In this document: in pieces, positions 49,046-57,862 of the stretch | Position numbering within the stretch: position 1 is the stretch's first letter | Layout: each line of letters starts with the position of its first letter | Assembly: GCA_021776735.1 (NCBI GenBank) | Contig: JAJFFH010000042.1 | Location: 8,767-72,766 of the forward strand | Direction of reading: 5' to 3' | Source of the DNA: Planctomycetota bacterium | Lineage (GTDB): Bacteria; Planctomycetota; PLA2 | Length of the DNA stretch: 64,000 bases | Position numbers and translations under genes: made by a program | Notes under the pieces: model-generated | What the model saw: only the letters and a program-made list of their open reading frames with translations | What the model was told of the DNA's origin: nothing | Databases searched by the model: none

Positions 49046-49611
49046 GCCGCGCCACCCGTCATAAGCTGGTAGAGGCGCGCCCGCGCGTAGGACCACTCGC
49101 GGTGGACGGTGCGCCGCGAACGCTTTAGCGCGAGCGCGGTCTCGTCCACGCTCAGGCCCGCGAAGAAGCGGAGCCGGACGACACGGGCGAGGCCCTCGTC
49201 TTCCGTCGCGAGCTTTGCCAGGGCGTCGTCCACCGCGAGGATGTCGATGGCGTCGCCCTCCGACGCGAGGTCGATGAGGCCGAGGGGCAGCCGCGCGGCA
49301 CCGCCCCCCCGCTTGTCCCGGCCGCGCGCACGGGCGTGCTCGACGAGGATGCGGCGCATCGCCTCCGCGGCAGCGCCATAGAAGTGCGCGCGGTTCTCCC
49401 AGGCGACATCGGGCGCGTGGACGAGGCGAAGGTAAGCCTCATGGACAAGCGCGGTCGTCTGCAGCGTGTGATCGGCACGCTCCTTGGCCATGCGGTGTTG
49501 CGCGATCTTGCGGAGCTCGCCGTAGACGGCGTCGAAGAGCGGCGCGGAGACATCGCGCCCGGTCGTTGCGTCGCGCAACAGATTGGTCACGTCCTCGGGG
49601 CCGGCCGTCAT
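49042..49611 (-). CDS. ECF sigma factor, TIGR02999 (kinase-associated) type
   Basis: LFDAVYGELRKIAQHRMAKERADHTLQTTALVHEAYLRL and C-terminal ETALALKRSRRTVHREW; start placed at MTAGPEDVTNLL. Confidence 0.8.
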   Translation of the reverse strand: MTAGPEDVTNLLRDATTGRDVSAPLFDAVYGELRKIAQHRMAKERADHTLQTTALVHEAYLRLVHAPDVAWENRAHFYGAAAEAMRRILVEHARARGRDKRGGGAARLPLGLIDLASEGDAIDILAVDDALAKLATEDEGLARVVRLRFFAGLSVDETALALKRSRRTVHREWSYARARLYQLMTGGAA

Positions 49612-49915
49612 CGCGCGAATGATAGCGAATCCGCCCCGAAACGGATCGCCGCAGGGTGTGGGGACAGGCGGATCGCGACCGGACAACGAGGGCCGCGAGT
49701 TCACAGGAGATCGTCTCCGTCATCTTCCTCGGGGTCGAATCAATGCCCCCACTGTGCCGCCCCCGGCGCGCGGCTGCGAATGATCGACTTCCCGGGACCG
49801 CTCATGCTCGACCTGAGGCGCGTCCAGCGGACCGCCTTCGACCACGGACAGCGATGCGGCGCCCTGTTTCGAGAGACCGACGCAGACTCAGCCAGTAGAA
49901 TCCCGAGTTCGAGAC

Positions 49916-49951
49916 GACCCCGTAGCTCAGCTGGATGGAGCGGCTGATTCC
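49916..49951 (+). other. tRNA-Arg 5'-half pseudo-copy (positions 1-35, 1 mismatch)
   Basis: GACCCCGTAGCTCAGCTGGATgGAGCGGCTGATTCC matches the tRNA at 62114 through the anticodon-loop base 35, then diverges. Confidence 0.7.
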
Positions 49952-50147
49952 CAGTACTCGCGGCGCGCCCCCGGTTGGCACTGAGTAACCCCGGATTGGT
50001 GACGACTTCAGCTGTTTCGTGAGGGGAATCTCGCGTGCAACCCCGGCGGCCCCTGGTTAGCCCCGGACACTCGCCTTGCTATCGCCTTGTTCCGAGAGAG
50101 CGCCGGTTCCCGTCTGCGAAGCTCGACCGACTTGAGAGACTCTTGGA

Positions 50148-51074
50148 GTGACAAACGCGATCCTCGAGACCATTGGTGACACGCCGGTTGTGAGGCTCCA
50201 ACGCCTCCCGGCTCAAGACTCCGGGGCCGTGTTCGTCAAAATCGAAGGGATGAACCCCACCGGCTCGTACAAGGATCGAGTCGCGCTTGCGATGGTCGAT
50301 GGAGCCGAAGCTGCCGGGTTCCTCACACCGTTCACGCGACTCTTGGAGTGCACGGGCGGCAGCACGGGCACCTCACTCGCCTTCGTCTGCGCCGCGAAAC
50401 AGATCCCGTTGACGATCATCTCTTCGGACGCCTACGCGAGCGCGAAGCTACACTCCATGACGGCTCTAGGAGCCGAGCTTCTTGTTGAGCCAAGCGTGGG
50501 GGGAATGGTCACGCCTGACCTCTGGCCGAGGATGCGTAAGCGTGCCGAGGCACTGGTTGCGGCAGGTACTCACCACTGGGTCGATCAGTTCAACAACCCA
50601 CACGCACTCGGAGGCTATGCCGCGATGGGTATCGAGCTGGTTGAGCAGGTCAACCAGCGCATCGACGCGTTCTGTGGATGTGTCGGGACTGCGGGCATGA
50701 TCGTCGGGGTCGGAAGCGTCGTGCGCGAACACTATCCGGACGCGCAGGTGATCGCGTTGGAACCGGACACGTCTCCGGTGCTTTCCGGTGGATCGCCGGG
50801 AGCACACGGGATCGACGGTACGGCAGCCGGATTCGTGCCTCCGTTGTTTGACCGCGAGGTCGTAACGAGCGTGCAAGCACTATCCGAAGCGGGCGCGCGC
50901 AAGATGGCGAGACGCCTGGCGAACGAGGAAGGCATCTTCGCAGGGACATCCAGCGGCATGAACGTCATGGCTGCGCTTGAACTTGCGGAACGACTCGGAC
51001 CAGATTCGACTGTGGTGACGGTCGCGTGCGACACCGGTTTCAAATACCTGCAAGAAGACCTGTTCCGGCTGTAA
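50148..51074 (+). CDS. PLP-dependent cysteine synthase family enzyme
   Basis: NPTGSYKDRVA lysine motif; GTSSG; ~58% GC. Confidence 0.8.
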   Translation: MTNAILETIGDTPVVRLQRLPAQDSGAVFVKIEGMNPTGSYKDRVALAMVDGAEAAGFLTPFTRLLECTGGSTGTSLAFVCAAKQIPLTIISSDAYASAKLHSMTALGAELLVEPSVGGMVTPDLWPRMRKRAEALVAAGTHHWVDQFNNPHALGGYAAMGIELVEQVNQRIDAFCGCVGTAGMIVGVGSVVREHYPDAQVIALEPDTSPVLSGGSPGAHGIDGTAAGFVPPLFDREVVTSVQALSEAGARKMARRLANEEGIFAGTSSGMNVMAALELAERLGPDSTVVTVACDTGFKYLQEDLFRL

Positions 51075-51158
51075 TCAACCGGCGACTTCGATCGTCGCGC
51101 ATCTTGATGCGGAACGGCTGTGCGCTACTGGCAACGAGTCATCGGCGCCGACACTTCG

Positions 51159-52103
51159 TTACGGGGATCGAGTTCCAGGAGGAAGCGATTCAATGATGTT
51201 CCACGCCTTCTCGCACGGCCCGACCCGTAATCGCCGGAGAGCCAACGCCAGAGCAGCTATATTGCGTTTGCGCTTCGCGCACTCCGATGCCAGGTCTAGT
51301 AGTGCCGCGGGTACCGCATGCCTGTCAGGATCCCTTGAATGTTGTCCCTTGCGCACTGATGTCACTAGCCAACTGAAGCGCTCCTCGCCCGTCGCGAGGG
51401 TTGACGCCTCCCAGTAGGCGCGAGCACTGGACGCGGCCGGGCGCAAACTTCGCCGGTAGATCCCAAGCGAGCGCATGCGGGCTGCTCGAGCTCGTCTGCG
51501 ATCCCGATCGTTGAGAGAGTCCTCTCTCAACCAACTCGCCGCTGTCAACTCCAGCCCAACGGTGGCGAGCAGCGTGATATACCGCAGATTGCGGTCGCCG
51601 CGTAGTCGCCCGGCGAGCCTCCGAGCGCAGCGCAGGAGATACTCTCGCGGCGCGTCTCGACGCTTGGCTGCCCCGGAGAGCGCCTTGAGCGACTTGCGCG
51701 TTTCGCCTGTCCGGGAGTAGGCGTCGCCAAGATATGTGAGAGCGATCCCGGTCTCCTTCTTCGCAATGGCCTCGACAAGCACCTCGATCGCTCTCGTCGA
51801 GTTTCGTGCCCGAAGATAAAGGTAGCCGGCGCTCTCCAGCGATTCGTGAGTCCGAGTGCGACCCGGGAGGTCCATGATCCAGTCCGCTGCAGCCGCCGGA
51901 GTCTTGAGCACGCCCCGCATCCGAACCACTTCGCGAACGACGCCGGCAACGTGCGTGGAGCCGGCCGCGATCGTCGACGTCATCAGCGAGCGCCCGTCCG
52001 AGGCACGTTCCACGGCCTCCCGGTATGCTCCGCGCCGGATTTGCTCGTCGAGGCTCTCCGCTTGCCAGCCGACGAGCAGGAGGACCAGTGTCGCTACTTG
52101 CAA
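51159..52103 (-). CDS. hypothetical helical protein
   Basis: Overlaps the upstream gene stop; lower GC; last gene of the putative 5-gene minus-strand operon. Confidence 0.45.
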   Translation of the reverse strand: MQVATLVLLLVGWQAESLDEQIRRGAYREAVERASDGRSLMTSTIAAGSTHVAGVVREVVRMRGVLKTPAAAADWIMDLPGRTRTHESLESAGYLYLRARNSTRAIEVLVEAIAKKETGIALTYLGDAYSRTGETRKSLKALSGAAKRRDAPREYLLRCARRLAGRLRGDRNLRYITLLATVGLELTAASWLREDSLNDRDRRRARAARMRSLGIYRRSLRPAASSARAYWEASTLATGEERFSWLVTSVRKGQHSRDPDRHAVPAALLDLASECAKRKRNIAALALALRRLRVGPCEKAWNIIESLPPGTRSP

Positions 52104-53092
52104 AAGTGCGCCATCCAGTTCCGCGCGTCCGCGCCAAGGTCCGTACCGACAAGGTCGGCGAGGGCGGCGCGCACCTCCGGCCCGTCGACAGGATGACCGA
52201 GAGCGTCAAGGAGTGCCTGCAGGTGAGACGTGTCGCCCGATCGAAGTGCGCGAAATGCCGTCCTCAAGCGCGGGTCGTGCGGCGGTGGGACCTTGGCGGG
52301 CTTTCCCTTCAGTCGCTGCTTCCACCACGCACCGCGCTTGGGATCGATCGCTGCCGCAATTTCGAGATAGGCGGGACCGTCTTCCACGTAGAGCCGGACG
52401 AGGGCGAATGCGGATCGCGGAGACTCCTTCAGCGCCGCGAACCACTTCGGGCTCGGCGCCGCCTCACAGAGGAGGAGCAGCACCGCGGGTGCGAGTGGAT
52501 CGTCACGCTTCAGGTACTCGATCGGACTCAGACCTCCGCGAAGTTCTCGCATGACCCCGCGTCGGGTTCCGCTTGCGAGTGCTAGGGCCCGAGCAGGCGC
52601 GACCTTGACGAGCGCGAGCTCGCACGCTCTCTGCAGTTCACCCTCCTCTATCGCGAACTCTTTGCGCCAGAGCAATGTTCCGTCGGGAGCGAGGATGACG
52701 TGTTGGGGGGAGATAATCTCGTTGTCGTTCGACCAACGCTGCAGCGAGAGATTCAGAACATCACGGTGAGTTCCGCAATCCGTGGATCCATAACGCGCGC
52801 ACGTTCCGTCTCGATCGTGATCGTGGGGATTCGCAACCAAGCAGATCATCGGCCGAGCCGCCGCAACAAGACCGTGGCTCGCGTACGCGTTCGACATCGC
52901 AGCGTCACGGCCGCGGGCACGGTCAAGCGCGTTGATCACGATCAGGATTGGCCGCCCTTCATTCTGTGCTCGCGTAACACTACCCCTAAGTCCACGGGCC
53001 CACTGGATGCGCTTTGCGGACTCCGTGGCTCCGATTTGGTGCGGTGATAGGAGCGCACATAGGATCAGGGAGCACGCAAGCCGCGTTGTCAT
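52094..53092 (-). CDS. secreted thioredoxin-fold-like protein lacking CxxC (noncatalytic paralog) with helical C-terminal domain
   Basis: Signal peptide; RPILIVINALDRARG...QHVILAPDGTLLWRKE resembles the Thioredoxin_7 scaffold with the CxxC replaced; ATGA overlap with ECF fusion 3. Confidence 0.45.
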   Translation of the reverse strand: MTTRLACSLILCALLSPHQIGATESAKRIQWARGLRGSVTRAQNEGRPILIVINALDRARGRDAAMSNAYASHGLVAAARPMICLVANPHDHDRDGTCARYGSTDCGTHRDVLNLSLQRWSNDNEIISPQHVILAPDGTLLWRKEFAIEEGELQRACELALVKVAPARALALASGTRRGVMRELRGGLSPIEYLKRDDPLAPAVLLLLCEAAPSPKWFAALKESPRSAFALVRLYVEDGPAYLEIAAAIDPKRGAWWKQRLKGKPAKVPPPHDPRLRTAFRALRSGDTSHLQALLDALGHPVDGPEVRAALADLVGTDLGADARNWMAHFCK

Positions 53093-56055
53093 CGCTCGCC
53101 CTCAAACCGAAACCGTAGCAGCGCTGCCACGCCCGACTTGACGGTGATCGGCGCACTTCCGTCCTGTAACCACCGACCGTCCCGGAGGAACCAGAGAGTC
53201 GCGCTGTACTTGCCCGGCCCAACCTTGGCGAACTCGAACTTACCTGCCGCGTCCGCCTTCACCGGCGCGAGGCTGCGATCGACCGCTCGCGACATCAGGG
53301 TTGACTCGCTCATGTCATACTTTGGTACAAGTCGAATACGTGCCGACCCACCGAGGCCAACATCGACTCTCCCGTGAACGGTGCCAGGCGATTCGAACTC
53401 CACCCTTACTGACGTCGTTCGATTTGCGGCTGCCACGTACGGAACCGCTCTCCATCCATGACCGCGCGCTCGAACCAGAACTACGCCGGCCCCAGGTGTC
53501 ATGGGTCGCGTTGCCCGGCCGTCATACTTGACGAAACCGGATCCCTGTGGAATCCCCAGTCCGCGCTCCGTAGTCACCGCGTACTCCAAGGATTTCTCAT
53601 CCGCGCCGCGGACGATCAACTTCAGCCTCGCTGGACCACTGGGCAGTCGAATAGCGGCCTCGGAATCCAAGGCAACTGGCACTCGCAGCGCGGCGACGAT
53701 CGGGTCCTTCTTCGCCGAGAGTGAGTACGGACCAGGAGCCAGGTCGTCGAACCGAAACGCACCATCTGCAGAAGTCGAAGTCATTCCCGGGCTCGGTCCG
53801 TGAAGTGTGACGGTGAGTCCGGGGACCGGCTCACCGGCCCCGTCAAGAACTCGGCCGTACACCGATCTACCACCTCCCCGAGCGACGCGAATACGCCTGA
53901 ACTCTCCGGCTCCAATCGCAAAGTGCCGGCGGAGTGAGCCCGCGCAAACGAGATACTCGCCGGCGGGAAGTCGATCGAATTCAACGTGCCCTTCTTTGTC
54001 TGTCGTCGATAGAGATTCGTGCTCCAACGCGAACAGAAAGGCCTCGTAGCGGCGGGGCTCGTCTTCGCGTGCTTTCACTCGGCGCGTGAGCGACACGGTG
54101 GCGTCAGAGACCGGGTGACCGGAGACCTCGTGAACTTCCAGAGAGACGCGACTGGATTCTGTGCCGACGAGTTCCACCGACACTCGCGTTCCGGGCCGGA
54201 CGTCAAGGCCATCGAGGAGGGCCGGAGCGCTGCCCGGTATCAGCGCAGCCAACGTACTCGCCCCACTGGACGAAACATGGGACGCGCCTATCAGCTTGAC
54301 TTCAACTTCAAAGCGGCCGTTCGGATCCGACCACCCGTGAACGACCGGGAGGCCAACCAGCGCTCTCGCAAAGATGCGCTGACGGAATAGTAGGAGGGGG
54401 GCATCGACAACCTCATCGCCACGCGAGTTCCGAACCACGCCATTGATGTACATCGAATGTCGCAACCGAACTTCTGCGCCTCGGACTGGCAGCAGCTCGT
54501 ACCCCGGCGCAGAGACGAAACACGTCGAGTATTCACGCTGTACCGGGTATCGGATCAGCCCATCGGCGTTCGCAACAAGTCGCCGTCGCGCAATCTCCTG
54601 TCCGTACACCGCGCCGCGGCCGGCTGAACTCGCAACGATGAGATACGCATCTGGTATGGGTGCACCAGAAGTGGCCGAGACCGCGCGCACGGTACGGGTC
54701 CTGACTTCTTGAAGAACGATCTCGATCATGCCGCGGTCCGTGAGATAGCTCTGTTCCACATAGGCCAGGCCCGCCTGCAGTGGGACAATGGAGAGGCGAA
54801 ATCGATGTGAGGGGGCCGACGGAAGGCGCGCGAGCCCTCGTGCATCGGTCACTGTCTCAGCGAAGACCTGGCGAGCGACACCGCCAAGATGCAACGTCAC
54901 GACTTGGATTGTCACGCGCTCCACCGGTCTTCCGCTCGTCTCACGCACACGAATCTCGACAGGATTCTGTTCGCGCACGGTAATCGTCGATTCGTCGCCC
55001 GGGCGGATTGACCCGACAAACGCGGGCGCGAATCCCTTGGCGCTGACGGTCACACCGTGCCGAGCGCCACCCGTTCGCTTGAAGGAAAACTGCCCATCCG
55101 AACCTGTCACAGTCTCGAACGGCCTCCGCCTTTCGCGTTCCCGTCTCAACACTGCGGCTGGCGCGACAAGTGATCCGCCGCGGACCTCCGTGGAGAGATA
55201 GACCAACCGGACTCGGGCCCCAGGCACCCCTTTCCCAGCTTCGTCGACAACCCGTCCCTCATAGCCACTCGTAGCGGGGTCAGTTTCGTCCCTCGCAGGA
55301 GGAGCGATCACAGTTTCCGCGTGTGTCGGGTCACGGCCGGGAGTTCGCGTTCGCGCCCCGTAGTCTGCAACGCGCTCCACTTCTGCTCCGCCGCTGACCC
55401 ACATCGCAACTCCCACGCCGAGGACTCCGAACACGGCTGCGCCCAGTGCACCGAGCCGGAACCATGCCGAGTCAGTCACGGCGGGACTCGTACGCACGGT
55501 CTCGCGCGAAGGCAGCCCCCAGAGTGCGACGACAGGCAACCAAGCGTGACGCTTACCGTCGTAAGCGCGATCAAGTGCATCTCGCAGCTCCGAAAGCGCG
55601 CGGTATAGCCTTGACTCCACCGTCCGAACCGAGATCGACTCTGATTGCGCAATTTCCGTAGGTGTGCGGCCGTCAAGGTAGCGGTAGACGATCATCGACT
55701 GATAGGGTTCTCGGAGCGAGTAGACGGCCGCAACCACTCGCTTCTGCAGTTCGATCTTCGCCGCTACATCTTGGGTCGACGGGGACGTTGCGCTCTGTGC
55801 GACAGCCAGCTCGCGACGGCGCCGCCTTCCCCGTGTCCGATGGGAGCGCTTGGCCAAGTTTCGCGCGATCGTTGCCAACCAACCGCGAACGTTGGTCTGG
55901 GTCTTCAGGGGTCGCTCGAGGGCGACTAGAATCGTCTCGTGCGCCAAGTCTTCCGCGTCGTTGAAGTCGACGACGAGTCCGCGGGCGAGCCTTCGCACGA
56001 ACTCGAAGTGATTCCCGAGTTCCTCGGGCGGGAGCAGCGGCCGCGGTCCATTCAT
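53089..56055 (-). CDS. ECF sigma-70 domain fused to TM helix and periplasmic carboxypeptidase-regulatory-like repeat array (paralog 3)
   Basis: DLAHETILVAL (sigma2), QSMIVYRYLDGRTPTEIAQSESISVRTVESRLYRAL (sigma4), TM helix, GRVVDEAGKGVPGARV-type repeats. Confidence 0.8.
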   Translation of the reverse strand: MNGPRPLLPPEELGNHFEFVRRLARGLVVDFNDAEDLAHETILVALERPLKTQTNVRGWLATIARNLAKRSHRTRGRRRRRELAVAQSATSPSTQDVAAKIELQKRVVAAVYSLREPYQSMIVYRYLDGRTPTEIAQSESISVRTVESRLYRALSELRDALDRAYDGKRHAWLPVVALWGLPSRETVRTSPAVTDSAWFRLGALGAAVFGVLGVGVAMWVSGGAEVERVADYGARTRTPGRDPTHAETVIAPPARDETDPATSGYEGRVVDEAGKGVPGARVRLVYLSTEVRGGSLVAPAAVLRRERERRRPFETVTGSDGQFSFKRTGGARHGVTVSAKGFAPAFVGSIRPGDESTITVREQNPVEIRVRETSGRPVERVTIQVVTLHLGGVARQVFAETVTDARGLARLPSAPSHRFRLSIVPLQAGLAYVEQSYLTDRGMIEIVLQEVRTRTVRAVSATSGAPIPDAYLIVASSAGRGAVYGQEIARRRLVANADGLIRYPVQREYSTCFVSAPGYELLPVRGAEVRLRHSMYINGVVRNSRGDEVVDAPLLLFRQRIFARALVGLPVVHGWSDPNGRFEVEVKLIGASHVSSSGASTLAALIPGSAPALLDGLDVRPGTRVSVELVGTESSRVSLEVHEVSGHPVSDATVSLTRRVKAREDEPRRYEAFLFALEHESLSTTDKEGHVEFDRLPAGEYLVCAGSLRRHFAIGAGEFRRIRVARGGGRSVYGRVLDGAGEPVPGLTVTLHGPSPGMTSTSADGAFRFDDLAPGPYSLSAKKDPIVAALRVPVALDSEAAIRLPSGPARLKLIVRGADEKSLEYAVTTERGLGIPQGSGFVKYDGRATRPMTPGAGVVLVRARGHGWRAVPYVAAANRTTSVRVEFESPGTVHGRVDVGLGGSARIRLVPKYDMSESTLMSRAVDRSLAPVKADAAGKFEFAKVGPGKYSATLWFLRDGRWLQDGSAPITVKSGVAALLRFRFEGER

Positions 56056-56119
56056 GGGTCACCCCCATTAGAAGCCCGCGAACGAGATTGACACTGCACG
56101 CTCCTCGGAGATTTGGCTG

Positions 56120-57862
56120 TTAGCGATCGCAATCCACCACCAACTCCAACGACGTGTTCTTGTCCTTGACCCTCCATTCCGCGGTGGCCCTCGCTCGGCC
56201 ACGACGGGCTTCGAGTCTCAGCTCACGGTGCTTTTCATCAACCTCCACGACGTATCGGCCCCGACTGTCGGTGCGGCCCCATGTGAGTTCGCGCGCGCGC
56301 GGATCTACGGGGTAGACGCGTACCATCACGTTTGCGAGTGCGATCCCCTCCGGGGTTCGCACGGCACCCTCGATGCGGCGCACAACGCCGAGCTGCACTT
56401 TCAGAGTCTCCGTTCCCGAACCCGGGAGCCGTCGTTCGAAGGCCCGCACGGCGAGGAACCCTCTGCAACGAACGCCGATTCGCACAGTTGTATTGGCTTC
56501 GCTTGTGATGACTACGGTGCCGCGGGCGTCGGTCCGATAGGGGACCGGCTCCATCAGTGCATAAAAGGGCAAGTTTGCCGTGCCGAATTTCAACAACGTG
56601 TTGGGCACGATGGTCACGATCGCGTCTGGCAACGGCTCCTTCTTTGGTCCGACCACCGAGATCTTGAGAGACCCGGCGGAAGTTCGTCGCAGCATGGCCT
56701 CCGTCTCGCTACCCGGCTCGCCGGTAACACCAAATTGGGCGGCGTTCCGCATGCGCCCCGACGGATTGACGCGAACGACGAAACGCGCATGCGGGACCAC
56801 ACCACGAAACTCGTAACGGCCGTCCGCTGAAAGGCGGACGACTGAGTGTGTTCTCACGCCCAGATTCGGAACCGGAAACGAGAGCGTGGCAAGCTCAACG
56901 AGTGTCTTCGTCCCGCGAGCACCCTGGGCTCGGCCGCGTAGAGTGACGGGCTTCTTGAGCGTAACTGTCGCGACGCCGTCGATCGTTGAGCAGGGCTGAA
57001 TCCCGTTCGGCATGACCTTGAGAAGCGCGACGCCGCCTGCCGCGTCGACGAGTTCGACCGTGGCGTAGTTTGGGAAACTCGGTAGCGAGAACTTGCCGTC
57101 GCGCCCTCGGATGAGCCGGTGGCCGTCCGCATCAGTCAACCCGACGACACGGATTCGAACACTCTGGGCTGGCTTTCCGTTTGCAAGCACTACCTCCAGC
57201 GGGTGCGTGCGCCCGTGCCCAACAACAGTCGATTGCCTCGACGCGGAATCGGCGTCGACAGCGAACTCCGATACAGACGTTCGCTCGTACCCCCACGCGT
57301 CGATGGAGCCGTCGTACCGCCCCGGCATCACGCCCTCGAACACGGCGGTGCCTTTGGAGTCGGCTCGGGTTGAGACCGCTCGCACACCTCGGCGGCGCGG
57401 AGTGGGCCGGATGCTGACGATTGCATGTGGAACCGGGCCACCGGCAGGACTCACGACCTGTACAACCACTTGGCTGCCCGGACGCACAGTGATCGTGACC
57501 GGGTCGCCGGAACGAACCCCCTCGACCTCACCTGCTGCCCGAGACCCGGCGTGCTGAGCGCGCAGCCGCATCGAAAACGCTGTAGGACCGGCCAACTGCA
57601 CGGTCCCGTCCTTTCCGGTCGTGTCCGGAGCTGACCGTTTCGACCACCAGTGCCTGTGCGGTACGGTCCGCGTGATTCGCACGGTAGCGCCCTGTAGCGG
57701 CCGCCCATTAACATCAACGACCGTTACGATCGTGCGCCGGTCATCTTCGGCTGCAGCAGCTGTGAGCAGAGAGAACAGCACGAAGATCACGAGGCACACT
57801 CGTGCGCCGTTCCTAGCGGTCGGCATGCTGCCCACCCTTCTTTTCATCCGCGCTCTCAGCAA
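56120..57862 (-). CDS. secreted/membrane-anchored protein made of carboxypeptidase-regulatory-like beta-sandwich repeats
   Basis: N-terminal hydrophobic segment; repeats such as VVDVNGRPLQGATVRI and VVSPAGGPVPHAIVSI. Confidence 0.7.
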   Translation of the reverse strand: MLRARMKRRVGSMPTARNGARVCLVIFVLFSLLTAAAAEDDRRTIVTVVDVNGRPLQGATVRITRTVPHRHWWSKRSAPDTTGKDGTVQLAGPTAFSMRLRAQHAGSRAAGEVEGVRSGDPVTITVRPGSQVVVQVVSPAGGPVPHAIVSIRPTPRRRGVRAVSTRADSKGTAVFEGVMPGRYDGSIDAWGYERTSVSEFAVDADSASRQSTVVGHGRTHPLEVVLANGKPAQSVRIRVVGLTDADGHRLIRGRDGKFSLPSFPNYATVELVDAAGGVALLKVMPNGIQPCSTIDGVATVTLKKPVTLRGRAQGARGTKTLVELATLSFPVPNLGVRTHSVVRLSADGRYEFRGVVPHARFVVRVNPSGRMRNAAQFGVTGEPGSETEAMLRRTSAGSLKISVVGPKKEPLPDAIVTIVPNTLLKFGTANLPFYALMEPVPYRTDARGTVVITSEANTTVRIGVRCRGFLAVRAFERRLPGSGTETLKVQLGVVRRIEGAVRTPEGIALANVMVRVYPVDPRARELTWGRTDSRGRYVVEVDEKHRELRLEARRGRARATAEWRVKDKNTSLELVVDCDR

